64,000 nucleotides of DNA from an uncultured Acidobacteriota bacterium (GTDB lineage: Bacteria > Acidobacteriota > UBA6911 > RPQK01 > JAPXNP01). The translations under genes and the position numbers were made by a program. This document shows, in pieces, positions 41,175 to 51,172 of the stretch. The stretch lies in NCBI GenBank assembly GCA_963777605.1, contig CAVZRV010000008.1, positions 384,001-448,000 of the forward strand, in the 5' to 3' direction. Under the pieces are notes generated by a model that was given only the letters and a program-made list of their open reading frames with translations, did not search any database and was not told where the DNA came from. Position 1 is the stretch's first letter, and each line of letters begins with the position of its first letter.

Positions 41175-42129
41175 CTTTTCTCCGCTCGATCAAGAAATCG
41201 AGATCCTTGTCGCTTCGTTTCCTGGCGCGCTGAATTCTCCGGCGATGACGCAAGGTATCCACTATCTTCAGCAGGTTCCAGGCCAGGTTCCGAACCTGCT
41301 TGAGTTTGCGCCGGGGGCGCTGAGGAAGCAAGAGTAGGGCCGGGATCACCGACGCCAGCCGGGTAAGACTGTAGTTCTTGAGGAGGGACCGGATGTTGTT
41401 GCGTTCCCCCAGTATTTCGCGCCACAGGAACCCGCGGGACTCCCGGGTTGTCCCGCCGAAGTGGTGGTAGACGACCGCTCTTGGAGCCGTGAGAACCTCG
41501 AATCCCTGGATCCAGAACCGCCAGCACAGGTCAACGTCTTCGTGATACATGAAGAAGGTTTCATCGCAGCCTCCCGCTTCGAGCCAGGACGATTTTCGAA
41601 AAAGGGCCGCGGCGGCGGGCGCAAAGAGTACCCGCGCCGGTTCGTCATACTGCCCGCGATCCTCCTCGAACATGCCGCGGTCCCAGGTGTAACCGAGCGA
41701 GTTCATCGAACCCCCGACGCCGTTCAGGACCCGAGGGCGGTCGTGGAGCCTCATTTTTGACGCCACCGCCGCGGCCCGGGGGTGCGCGTCGGCTACCTTG
41801 ATCAGTTCGGCAAGCCAGTCCGGTTCGGTGCGAATATCGGTGTTGAGCAGGACAACGTAAGGTGTTGAAGCGAGACGGACGCCCTGGTTGGCCGCGGCCG
41901 CAAATCCGGCGTTACGTCCCATCCGGTGGAGGCGAACCCAGGGGTATTGTTCGGCGACCAGATCCGGGCTGCCGTCCGAGGAGCCGTTGTCGAGGAACAC
42001 GAACTCGGCCGCTGCTCCCACCTGCAGGCGGAGACCCGAGAACAGTTCCTCAAGGAACGGAAGGCCGTTGTAGTTGATGATTACGACCGTGGCCCGGGGC
42101 TGCGACGGGGATGCCTGGTGGTTACTCAT
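41155..42129 (-). CDS. Glycosyltransferase family 2
   Basis: INYNG, DNGSSDGS, NAGFAAAANQG, LLNTD, FFMYHEDVDLCWR. Confidence 0.92.
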   Translation of the reverse strand: MSNHQASPSQPRATVVIINYNGLPFLEELFSGLRLQVGAAAEFVFLDNGSSDGSPDLVAEQYPWVRLHRMGRNAGFAAAANQGVRLASTPYVVLLNTDIRTEPDWLAELIKVADAHPRAAAVASKMRLHDRPRVLNGVGGSMNSLGYTWDRGMFEEDRGQYDEPARVLFAPAAAALFRKSSWLEAGGCDETFFMYHEDVDLCWRFWIQGFEVLTAPRAVVYHHFGGTTRESRGFLWREILGERNNIRSLLKNYSLTRLASVIPALLLLPQRPRRKLKQVRNLAWNLLKIVDTLRHRRRIQRARKRSDKDLDFLIERRKDVPIRL

Positions 42130-44233
42130 CCTGCTTCTTCCGGGTGCGTCCCCGGCGTTGCTTCCAGCGGCGTTTTGCCAGCTCAGCCAGTGGGGTCTGT
42201 TCGAGTTGTTCAACGAGCGAGTCCCGCTCCTTGAGCAACAATCCGATATGTTCCGTCCTCGCGTTGGCCAGGAACTGGACGTCGTTGAGCGCCCGCGCGC
42301 GGACATCGCTCAGGGAAAGAAGATCCCGGACGACTTCCTGGAACACGGGATTCCCGGTCAGATCGGGGATGTCCCAGCGGCGGTTCCGGCGGGCATTGAG
42401 GATCATGTCGATCTGTCGGGCGATCTCACTCCCCCTCGGCGGCTCACCCCCACCGATATATATAAGGAATATGTACCGGTAGCACGGGGCAACGTGATCT
42501 GCCGGGAAGAGCCGTTCGCTGTAAAGGCGGTTGAACGCCCGGGCGATGTCGGCGGAGCGGCTCCCAAAGAAGAGCGCATTGAGGGTTTGCAGCAGGACCC
42601 AGTTGTCGACGTTGCCGTTGGGCACCTGCCAGCAGGGGAATCCGCGGGCCTGGCAGTGAAGCCGCACCGCCGCCGCGTCGGGCAACCCCAGTTCCCGATG
42701 CTCGTCGAGGAACCCGTGCCCGCGCATGACTCCCGCGGACAGAATCCGTTCCGCCCGTTCCGCTTCCGGTGAATGGAACGGTGCCGCAAGAACAACCCAG
42801 TTCCGCGCCACCCGCTCGAGTTCGTTCAGGAAGGGGTCCCGTTTTGCCGGTGGGATGTGTTCGAGGACATCCAGGGAGACTACGGCCTCGAAGGCCGAGT
42901 CCGGAAAGGGCAAGGCGGTCCCTTCGGATGCCAGGTGGTCGGGATGGTCGCATTGCCGGAAATCGGTCGAGCGAACGAGGCGGGTGCCGGCAGGATCCGA
43001 GAGGAAATCGGCGGAGACAGCCAGGTGCCCGTCCGCGTCGCCGATGTAGCCGCCGACGTCGAGCAGCGACTCTGGTTCCACAATTGAAATCAGCTCCGCA
43101 ACACCCTGGTAGCGTTGATACAGGTCGAAGGGAAGATCCCGGACCAGTTCCTCGCTTGAAATCTGTACCGCCCGGATCCGCACGTCCCGGACGTTGACGT
43201 CGACTCCGCCCGGCGCGAGGTCGAAAAATAGGTGATGTCCTCCGGCGGGAACCGGAACGTTTTCGAGGTGGACCGTATATTCGGTTTGTTCGGAGTTCAG
43301 GATCGCCTGGTGAACGAGCCAGCTGTCGAGGCGGATGCCGAGGGTAGAGAACCCTCCTCGAGTCGTTACGGTGAGGTCGATTTCGCAGGAGAGCGGGCCG
43401 GCGGACTCGTTCAATAGATAGATGGAAGCACCGCTTTCCCGGAGAGGGCGGGCCTTTTCGCTCAGGCCGCCCCAGCCCCAGCGGGGCAGTGTTCGAAGTC
43501 CTTCGCCGGTAGTGAATTCCGCCTCCTCCGAAAAATAGTCGTGTCGAAAACAGGCAACCCGGTCGACCAGGGAACTGTCTGCCCGGCAGGCCAGAAACTG
43601 GAAGTTATACGAGACGACCGAGAACCGGAAGGCGACGAAAAGACCCAGTTCGACGAGACGACTGACCCAGAAAGAAGGCGGACGTTCCGAGAAGTGGGTG
43701 GATTCACTGCGTCCGAAGAAGATCGGGTCGGGCGTGGCGCCGACCAGGAGCCCGTCGGGTGCCAGGACGCGAACGGATTCCTCCAGCCCCAGTAACGGGT
43801 CGGCCAGGTGCTCGAGTACGTCCAGGACCAGGACCACGTCCGCCGTCCCGCTGCGTAAGGGCAGCGAGTGAAGGTCGCATTGCGCAAGATGTCCCTGCAG
43901 TTCGGGTTCCTGGGCCAGCGCGTAACTGCTGATATCGAATCCGTACGCCTGGAATCCGACCGACCGGGCACTGCGGATCGACAACCCGTAGGCGCATCCA
44001 AGGTCGAGTAGTCTGCCTCCCGGATTGACCGCCTGGACCAACTCCAGCCAGGCCTTCCAATCGGGGTGACAATTCCGGTAACCTTCGATGGAGTAGCCAC
44101 TGGTCTCCCCGTGGAAGTAGCCACGATCGTAAAGCCGGTCCACTTCCCGGCAGGAGACCGGGGCAGACGACCGAACATTTGGTGGTTGTTTCATGATCGA
44201 GGCCAACTCCCTATCGTGGACTTTCCAGCCCAT
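42122..44233 (-). CDS. Tandem double class I methyltransferase with C-terminal coiled coil (glycan-capping candidate)
   Basis: LLDLGCAYG...DVLEHL and LLDVGGYIG...LPFPDSAFEAVVSLDVLEHI; beta-rich spacer; heptad-like C-terminus. Confidence 0.82.
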   Translation of the reverse strand: MGWKVHDRELASIMKQPPNVRSSAPVSCREVDRLYDRGYFHGETSGYSIEGYRNCHPDWKAWLELVQAVNPGGRLLDLGCAYGLSIRSARSVGFQAYGFDISSYALAQEPELQGHLAQCDLHSLPLRSGTADVVLVLDVLEHLADPLLGLEESVRVLAPDGLLVGATPDPIFFGRSESTHFSERPPSFWVSRLVELGLFVAFRFSVVSYNFQFLACRADSSLVDRVACFRHDYFSEEAEFTTGEGLRTLPRWGWGGLSEKARPLRESGASIYLLNESAGPLSCEIDLTVTTRGGFSTLGIRLDSWLVHQAILNSEQTEYTVHLENVPVPAGGHHLFFDLAPGGVDVNVRDVRIRAVQISSEELVRDLPFDLYQRYQGVAELISIVEPESLLDVGGYIGDADGHLAVSADFLSDPAGTRLVRSTDFRQCDHPDHLASEGTALPFPDSAFEAVVSLDVLEHIPPAKRDPFLNELERVARNWVVLAAPFHSPEAERAERILSAGVMRGHGFLDEHRELGLPDAAAVRLHCQARGFPCWQVPNGNVDNWVLLQTLNALFFGSRSADIARAFNRLYSERLFPADHVAPCYRYIFLIYIGGGEPPRGSEIARQIDMILNARRNRRWDIPDLTGNPVFQEVVRDLLSLSDVRARALNDVQFLANARTEHIGLLLKERDSLVEQLEQTPLAELAKRRWKQRRGRTRKKQDE

Positions 44234-44415
44234 TCTAATGCACCCCGCCGGGAGAAATCAGAGGGACAGAGTCGCTGACCGCACTCGATCAGTCAGAGAC
44301 CAGATTCTATCTGCTGAAAACCTCTCACAAAAAAATTGCGACTTTCTCAGGTGGTCCGCATCTTTTTTCGCCGTAAGTTGGAGTCCAGTGAAGCAGATAT
44401 CTCAGCTAATTGTTC

Positions 44416-44444
44416 TTGCGAGTGGAGTTGAACTTGTGTAAAAT
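44416..44444 (+). promoter_or_regulatory. Putative sigma70 promoter of the 637-aa surface protein gene
   Basis: TTGCGA-N17-TAAAAT; ~115-nt leader; TAAGGAGG SD at ~44548-44555. Confidence 0.55.
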
Positions 44445-44565
44445 TGCCGCGTTGAAGACTACATAACGAGGCAGGGATACGTCTGCATTCATGATTTTTG
44501 GGACTGGTAGAAATGTTGGGTTTTAATTCGAAAGAGAAAACAAAGTTTAAGGAGGAGTTAGCTTC

Positions 44566-46479
44566 ATGAACAAATCCAAACTCTTAATCATTCTGACCGT
44601 GCTGGCGCTGCTGGTAGTGCCTGCGCTGGCCCAGCAGGATCCAAAAGCTGGCTACACAGAATGGCAAACTGCACTTCAGTCGCGGAACATCCCGGCTGGA
44701 ACGGTGAATGATCCTGGATCGCACCTCACCTACATCCTGGATACGGGTGTCAATGCTCGTGACCTGCTGGGTGATGTGTCCCTCGCTACTGCGGCGGCGA
44801 CCCCGTTGGTTGACCTGCAGCCCTGGTTGGACGTTGACCAGGACGGCCAGTTGGACTCCAGTGCCATCATTCAGAACTTTGTTGCCATCAGCAACACGCA
44901 TCCGACGATGGCGGTAACGGTCCACTTCCGTTACTTCAACGACAACTGCGATGACGTACTCGATTTCCTGGTGATCCTCACCTGTAACGACACGCTGCTC
45001 TTCGATCCGTTCAATTTCGTGATTCCGGGCAGCAACGGTGAGAACACCCGCGATCGTATCTTCGGCCCCGCCCGCCCGGGTAAGGTGCTGAGCCCGATCC
45101 CGACGTCGATTTACGGTTCCGGTCGGTTCATCCTGACTGCTGCCGCTTCCGGCGCTTCTTGGGATGCTGACGATCAGGACGCCGAAATCCTGTTCCCCTA
45201 CGAACTGGGACGTGCCCTCGACGGCGAGTGCAACATCAGTTACGACGAGACTTGGGTCGCGGCTAATTGGGCAAATTCGGATATCGACGATACTCTGTCC
45301 GGATGGGATCCGAACGTCGGCACCTCTCCTGGCCTGGAAGACGACAATTTGCACGTGTTCAACGCGACGCAGATTTCCTTCAACTTCCTGATCGGCCATC
45401 AGACCTATGCGGTTCCGTACAACCAGGTTTACCAGGCTGGCGGAATCAACGCTTGGGCGCGTCCGGCAATCTGGCGCGGTGAGCCGGGAACTGTAGACGC
45501 GAATCAGGGCAGCATTGGCGCAGCCTATGACGCGGGTGCGTTCGGCGGCGCAGTCAATGTGGCGCAGCAGGCGTATCAGGGCGACGGTGACGGCGACTTC
45601 GCCAACACCGGTTGGCTGGTCCTCGGTGGCGAACTTGGCTGGACCTCAGTCGAAACCCGGCAACGGACGGCTGTTGGTTCCATCGACGGAGCCCCGATCT
45701 TCCTGCGCAGCGAACTGCACGGCGGCGATATCCGTTCCATCAATGGCGCGGTGACGCAGTACGGCGGCGCCTCTTTGTACGGCGCCCAGGGGACTTCTCC
45801 CTTCTTCCCGGTTGCTCCGACCGACATCATCCAGCACTTTGTATCGGTGACGGATGACTACAACGGCAGCAACAACGCGGGTGTGACGGGCTTCCCCGAT
45901 CATTCGTCGAACATTTCGGCTGCTGCGACCACCTACGTGTTGCAGATCTACGACAACAACGAAGACATCCTCGAGATCATCGGCGAACCGCCGCTGAACG
46001 TGTCCCCGCCGGTACCCGGCAAGACCGTTGAGCTGAAGATGGTCTGTCTGTGTCTGCGTACCTTCCTGACCACCACGATCGCGCCTGGAACCAACGTTGA
46101 CGACGTGACCATCGCTGAGATGGCCGACATCTTCGGCAACGAGGTCCTGGACGGTCTGGGTGATTTCGACGGTCTGCTGGTTCCGGTTGCCCCGGATCTG
46201 TCCGGTGGCTGGATCCGCTACGTCCGTGACAACACGAACACGGTCACTCTGACGCCAACGGAAGCTGCGGATGTGGGCTTCACCATCTCTGGTAACGCTC
46301 ATGGTCCCGGCACCGCGACCTTCGACGTGACGAAGCTGGCTGATTCGGATGTTTATGGTCCTTCCTTTATGACCATCTCGAACATCTTCACGAAGCAGGC
46401 CGGGTTCGGCGTGTTGTGGTACAACTTTGCTGTTCCCTCCGATGCGGTAGTTTCGGAGACCGGCGATCCCGTACCGTAA
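44566..46479 (+). CDS. Secreted acidic 637-aa protein, S-layer/major surface protein candidate
   Basis: Signal peptide MNKSKLL...PALA|Q; rich in D/G/T/N/A and low in Lys; consensus SD; own terminator; DVDQDGQLD Ca-type motif. Confidence 0.7.
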   Translation: MNKSKLLIILTVLALLVVPALAQQDPKAGYTEWQTALQSRNIPAGTVNDPGSHLTYILDTGVNARDLLGDVSLATAAATPLVDLQPWLDVDQDGQLDSSAIIQNFVAISNTHPTMAVTVHFRYFNDNCDDVLDFLVILTCNDTLLFDPFNFVIPGSNGENTRDRIFGPARPGKVLSPIPTSIYGSGRFILTAAASGASWDADDQDAEILFPYELGRALDGECNISYDETWVAANWANSDIDDTLSGWDPNVGTSPGLEDDNLHVFNATQISFNFLIGHQTYAVPYNQVYQAGGINAWARPAIWRGEPGTVDANQGSIGAAYDAGAFGGAVNVAQQAYQGDGDGDFANTGWLVLGGELGWTSVETRQRTAVGSIDGAPIFLRSELHGGDIRSINGAVTQYGGASLYGAQGTSPFFPVAPTDIIQHFVSVTDDYNGSNNAGVTGFPDHSSNISAAATTYVLQIYDNNEDILEIIGEPPLNVSPPVPGKTVELKMVCLCLRTFLTTTIAPGTNVDDVTIAEMADIFGNEVLDGLGDFDGLLVPVAPDLSGGWIRYVRDNTNTVTLTPTEAADVGFTISGNAHGPGTATFDVTKLADSDVYGPSFMTISNIFTKQAGFGVLWYNFAVPSDAVVSETGDPVP

Positions 46480-46527
46480 ACCTGAATTCATCTCACGGCC
46501 CCTGGCCGCGGGGTGATGACTAGAATA

Positions 46528-46568
46528 GGGAAGGGGGAGACTCTTGAGTCTTCCTCTTCCCTTTTTTT
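46528..46568 (+). terminator. Rho-independent terminator
   Basis: GGGAAGGGGGAGACTC-TT-GAGTCTTCCTCTTCCC followed by T7. Confidence 0.85.
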
Positions 46569-46577
46569 GTATGAACT

Positions 46578-48017
46578 GTGATGAATCTCAAGTGGTTATT
46601 CATTCTGGTTGGTGTACTCTCGGTTAGTGGCTGGTCCCATTCCTTCCCCGCGCCGGCGAATTCTGCCGGACAGTTGGTGGAAATGGGCTCGTGGAAAGCG
46701 AACCCGAGCGGTATCGACCTGCCGCTCTCCCCTGGTGATCTCAGTGGCCAGGTGGTGGAAGATCAGGCCGGACGGTTGATCGTGGCATTCTCAGGTGTAG
46801 AGAGTGGCGAGAAGATTGCGAGGATTTATGTCAGGTCCCAGGATAAAGAGTCCCGCGAGTGGCAGGACCTGGCGACTTTCGGAGACGGGAAACGGAGTGG
46901 TGTATTGCCAAGGTTAACGTTGGCGTCCGGCACTCTGGATGTGACCTGGAGGACTCTCGGTAACCGGAAGTCCGCTGGGAGCGTTGGACATGCCTTCAGC
47001 CGGGATGGAGGGGCGGCCTGGACTGCCAGGGAATTTCCGGGCGGGTGGTCGGTGTCTCGTCCCGAGGTCTGCTATGACTCGCAAGGAAATCGCTACCTCG
47101 CCTTTTCTGAGGCTCCGGCAAGGGGAACGGCCGAGCAGATCAGGCTGTTCACTTCGGGTGGATCTCGGGCTGAGGGCGACTGGAACGAGTCGCCGATTTC
47201 CTCGACTCCAGCGGGATTGCCGGGGCACAGCCCCCAGCTTTGGGCGGACGCCGCGCGTGGGGTTCGGCTGACCTACCTGGATGCATCGAAGGGGCGGACA
47301 GGTGTGATGTTCTCGCGGGTCGATGAAGAGACTGGAGACTGGGTAGAGCCCGTTCTGGTGAGTGACCCGAAGATGGGCCCGGCGACTGACCCGATCCTGG
47401 AAAGTGTCGGGAAATCCCTGTTCGTCCTTTGGACGGTCCGCTCTCTTCACGAGCGGACGGTTGGGCTGACGCATTCGGAGGACGGCGGCGAGACCTGGGC
47501 TCCGTCGGTGACGTTGATTCAGAACCGGGTTGAAGAATTTCAACCCTGCCTGGTCAAGGATGAAAGCAGCCTGTTTTTCTACTGGTTGCAGAGTTTTGGG
47601 CCCTCACATTTGCGGAAGTATACGATTTGGAGAAAACAGATATCGGCGGTCAATGCTAGAATTGGTCCCGATGAACTCCTGAAGGACACCCGGAGCGAGC
47701 TTCGCTCAATCTCCGTAGCGCACTTTGGGAGTCGTGTAGTTATGTCGACGGTTGAAAGTGATAGGACAGGTGCTAAACCTTTGCTATTGGTCGCGACAGA
47801 GGGGTCGGGGGAGTTCTCTGAAGCGTGGCGTGGTGCTGCCGACGTGCAGGGTGACTATCCGATGATGGGGCTGGTTCGGGGAATGCCGAATCTTGTCCTC
47901 GTATATCGGGAGTCCCCGCTGGCCGCAGTGCAGCCAGGCTTGGGCGCGCAGAAAGGCGACTTTCGAATCGTGGAGTTCAACTCTGCGAATTCGAGGGTCC
48001 GAAGGAGAATAAGATGA
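46578..48017 (+). CDS. Secreted BNR/Asp-box (sialidase-fold) beta-propeller protein
   Basis: Signal peptide; Asp-boxes SRDGGAAW, SEDGGETW, SQDKESREW. Confidence 0.75.
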   Translation: MMNLKWLFILVGVLSVSGWSHSFPAPANSAGQLVEMGSWKANPSGIDLPLSPGDLSGQVVEDQAGRLIVAFSGVESGEKIARIYVRSQDKESREWQDLATFGDGKRSGVLPRLTLASGTLDVTWRTLGNRKSAGSVGHAFSRDGGAAWTAREFPGGWSVSRPEVCYDSQGNRYLAFSEAPARGTAEQIRLFTSGGSRAEGDWNESPISSTPAGLPGHSPQLWADAARGVRLTYLDASKGRTGVMFSRVDEETGDWVEPVLVSDPKMGPATDPILESVGKSLFVLWTVRSLHERTVGLTHSEDGGETWAPSVTLIQNRVEEFQPCLVKDESSLFFYWLQSFGPSHLRKYTIWRKQISAVNARIGPDELLKDTRSELRSISVAHFGSRVVMSTVESDRTGAKPLLLVATEGSGEFSEAWRGAADVQGDYPMMGLVRGMPNLVLVYRESPLAAVQPGLGAQKGDFRIVEFNSANSRVRRRIR

Positions 48018-51000
48018 GAACCTACCGTCTCCTATTAGGAGCAGCGGCGTTTTTCCTTGGTTTCGCGGGAGTTGCTCTTGGGCAAACCAGTGGTACGCCC
48101 CGGATCGACGATGTCCTGGTTCCGAGCTCGGGTCGCGTGATGGATGAACTCACGATGACCGTTGTCCCGAACTCGGCGGACGCTGCGCTCGGGTTGGACT
48201 ACCAGTGGAGCATCGTTGAGACTCCGTCGGTGCTTAACCCGCTCCTTGTGAGCGCCACTTCGCGAAAGTCCTTCCTGCAGCTTTATTGGGTCTCAGCGCA
48301 GACGGCGGGCCAGGCTGTCGGGGAGAGCGTTATTGTGAAGGTCGTGGTGACCTTCTCGGATCCCGCCAACGGAGAGACTCCCTTCGAGGAGCAGTTCACG
48401 ATCCCGATCACGGCAGTGAATCATCCTCCGACCGCGGTAGTCGCCGGGAACCTTGGTTCAACGACGTCCCGAATTCCGTCGGGCCAGTCGGTCCAGGCGA
48501 ACAGTTTCCAGTCGACTGACCCGGACGGCGATTCTTTCCGTTCCGACTGGGAATGGGGCACAACCCGGGGCGGAAGGTACATCAGAACTCCTGTTCTATT
48601 CGGAAGTGAAGGCGCGATCGTTTCATTCACGGTCACCGACATGACCGCGAATATCGACCAGGACATCACCCTTCACCTGACTGACGGTCTTCACCGCGTC
48701 AGCAAGACGGCGGTGGCGTACCTGACGCCCAACTCAGCTCCGCCGCCGACCGGCGGCAATACCGCTCCCAGCCTGACGCTGGCGAGCAGTTCGGTTTCGG
48801 TGACCCAGGGACAGAGTGTCAATGTGACGGCCACATCGGTCGACTCCAATGGCGATACACTGGGATTCACGTGGCTGTTCAACTCGACGACGGTGAGTTC
48901 CCAGTACATCAGTACGATCAAGACGGGTACGACGACTTACCAGTCAACATTGACCTATCCAACTTCCGGCCTCTCGCCCGGTTCGTACAGCTTCAGTGTT
49001 CAGACGTTTGAGACTTCCACCGCGGACAAATTTGGTTCCCCAAAGCGCTTCCTGACGGTGATCGTCAATTCCAGCGGCAGTGGCGGCGAACCCGGCTTCT
49101 TCGAGGAGACCAGAAACACTTGTCAGACTAATAGTGGGCCGCGCCTGATCAGCATTGCACCAGATCCGCGGCAGGGTGAGATTATTCTCTCAGGTGGACA
49201 GACTGCGAACGTTGAGTTGCTGTTTCAGGACACTTCCGAGCAAAGCAACCAATATGGGACTCAGACGGGAATCGCTTCTGGAAGTTGGAACCTTAGTCAA
49301 TTGGAGCAGAAAGGAATTACTCCGACTGCGAGCGACCCTCTTCTTATGGCCGATCGGACGCAGGCCCGCATGACCCTGTCGTTCCAGACTCCGTCGGGAC
49401 TTGCAGGTGATGCGAAGGCCTACCTGACTGTCACTGACGTTTTGGGGTGCTCGAGCACCGTCGGTTTCGGTTTGAACTTCGCCGGGACTTCATCCAATGC
49501 GGCTCCAACAGCCAAGATCCGCTACGATCACAACGGGGACTCGATTTTCTCCGGGCCCTTTCCTTCTGGGCACAGCGTCTCCACGAGCAACCGGTCCATT
49601 CCGCTCGATGCCAGCCAGAGCACTGATGACGGCGGACTCGAGCAGTTGAGCTTCAGCTGGACTGTCACGGGAATCACCGGCGCCAGTCTCTCATCGAACA
49701 GTGGAAGCACCACTACTTTGTTGATTCCTGACGAAGCTACCGGGACGGCAACGGTATCGTTGACTGCGACCGACAGCGGTTCGCTGTCGGGATCTTCAAC
49801 GCTCCAGTTTGAAGTGGTGGCTTCCGGTTCAAGCCCTACCGCGAAAATTCTTTACGATGAGGAGGGAAACGGCACCTACTCGGGACCCTTCTCGAGCGGG
49901 CACACTGTCACGACCTCCCGGCGCACCATCGCCCTTGATGCCGGTACGAGCGAAGACGATGGTGGAGTGGAGAACCTGACCTATGCCTGGTCGCTGAGCG
50001 GAATGAATGGCGTCTCGCTGAGTTCCACGTCGGCCGCGCAGACGACGTTGACCGTTCCGGGAGGGACCATCGGTACCGCAACGGTGTCCCTCACGGTCAC
50101 AAATGCCCAGAGTCTGACCGACACCACCACGATCCTGTTCAACTACACCAGCGCGGGTGACCCGCCAACGGCGGAAATCACCCAGGTCCCTGAATTTGTG
50201 ACCGTAGGAGAGGAATTCCAGGTCGAAGGAACCGGCGAAACCGGCGGAGGGAGCGGGACCTACACCTATTACTGGGAAGCCAGTTGCTGTGGAATGTCGG
50301 CAGTCCAACTTTTCCAGTCGGGCAACCAGGCGCGGATGACGCCGCCCAGCCTGCCGGCCGATACCGAAGAAGCAACGCTTCAATTGAAGCTCACTGTTTA
50401 CGAAGACGGGCTGCAGTCAGATCCCGTCACCCAGGAGATCCCGATTCGGCGTCCTGAGCTCTTCTTTGCTCAACTGGCCGTGGGCCCGATCAACGAGACC
50501 GAGCGCTTCGAGACTTCGATCGTCCTGATCAACAATAATGACACGGCGGCGCAGGGAAAGATCACCTTCCTCAACAACGACCAGGGTGCCGATTGGACCG
50601 TCACCATGGATGGTGAACAGGTGAGCGATTCAACCTTCGAGTTGCCGGCGGGAGGTGCCCAGGAGTTTCTTCTCACGGGAGAAGAGATCGGAATCGGATG
50701 GATGAAGCTCTCGTCGAATGTCCAGCTGACCGGTCACCTCTTTTACCGGGTCGTCCAGGACGGGACCCAGACCAGCGAGAAAACGGTGATCTCCGAAGTG
50801 CCGATTCTTCCGGTCGTTGGCAATAACTTCAGGACGGCTCTTGGTCCGGGCACCAACGACAGTGTTGCCCTGGCCATTGTCAACGTCGGAGACAGCCCGG
50901 CCGAGTTTACGATTACGGCGCGTCAGAACGTGGGCGCGGAGATCAGTACATCTCCGATCGAATTGGCGCCGGAGCAACATCTGGCACAGTTCCTCAACGA

Positions 51001-51160
51001 GCTTCTGGCCGACAACGATGCCCCTCCGCTTTGGTCTGGTTTCAAAGGGGGAACCCTGATCGTGAAATCGGTCGATCCCGCGGCCAAGTTCGTCGCCACG
51101 ATTATCAAAACCAGGGATGGACTGCCATTGTCGATCCTCCCGGTTGCGGTTACCAAATAG
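48014..51160 (+). CDS. Large secreted PKD/Ig-like repeat protein with two-module C-terminal domain (paralog 1)
   Basis: Signal peptide; NHPP...DPDGD, NTAP, two IxLDAxxSxDDGG...W repeats; C-terminal FFAQLAVG...ETSIVLIN...HLAQFL...LSILPV. Confidence 0.85.
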   Translation: MRTYRLLLGAAAFFLGFAGVALGQTSGTPRIDDVLVPSSGRVMDELTMTVVPNSADAALGLDYQWSIVETPSVLNPLLVSATSRKSFLQLYWVSAQTAGQAVGESVIVKVVVTFSDPANGETPFEEQFTIPITAVNHPPTAVVAGNLGSTTSRIPSGQSVQANSFQSTDPDGDSFRSDWEWGTTRGGRYIRTPVLFGSEGAIVSFTVTDMTANIDQDITLHLTDGLHRVSKTAVAYLTPNSAPPPTGGNTAPSLTLASSSVSVTQGQSVNVTATSVDSNGDTLGFTWLFNSTTVSSQYISTIKTGTTTYQSTLTYPTSGLSPGSYSFSVQTFETSTADKFGSPKRFLTVIVNSSGSGGEPGFFEETRNTCQTNSGPRLISIAPDPRQGEIILSGGQTANVELLFQDTSEQSNQYGTQTGIASGSWNLSQLEQKGITPTASDPLLMADRTQARMTLSFQTPSGLAGDAKAYLTVTDVLGCSSTVGFGLNFAGTSSNAAPTAKIRYDHNGDSIFSGPFPSGHSVSTSNRSIPLDASQSTDDGGLEQLSFSWTVTGITGASLSSNSGSTTTLLIPDEATGTATVSLTATDSGSLSGSSTLQFEVVASGSSPTAKILYDEEGNGTYSGPFSSGHTVTTSRRTIALDAGTSEDDGGVENLTYAWSLSGMNGVSLSSTSAAQTTLTVPGGTIGTATVSLTVTNAQSLTDTTTILFNYTSAGDPPTAEITQVPEFVTVGEEFQVEGTGETGGGSGTYTYYWEASCCGMSAVQLFQSGNQARMTPPSLPADTEEATLQLKLTVYEDGLQSDPVTQEIPIRRPELFFAQLAVGPINETERFETSIVLINNNDTAAQGKITFLNNDQGADWTVTMDGEQVSDSTFELPAGGAQEFLLTGEEIGIGWMKLSSNVQLTGHLFYRVVQDGTQTSEKTVISEVPILPVVGNNFRTALGPGTNDSVALAIVNVGDSPAEFTITARQNVGAEISTSPIELAPEQHLAQFLNELLADNDAPPLWSGFKGGTLIVKSVDPAAKFVATIIKTRDGLPLSILPVAVTK

Positions 51161-51172
51161 AGGACATCACTG

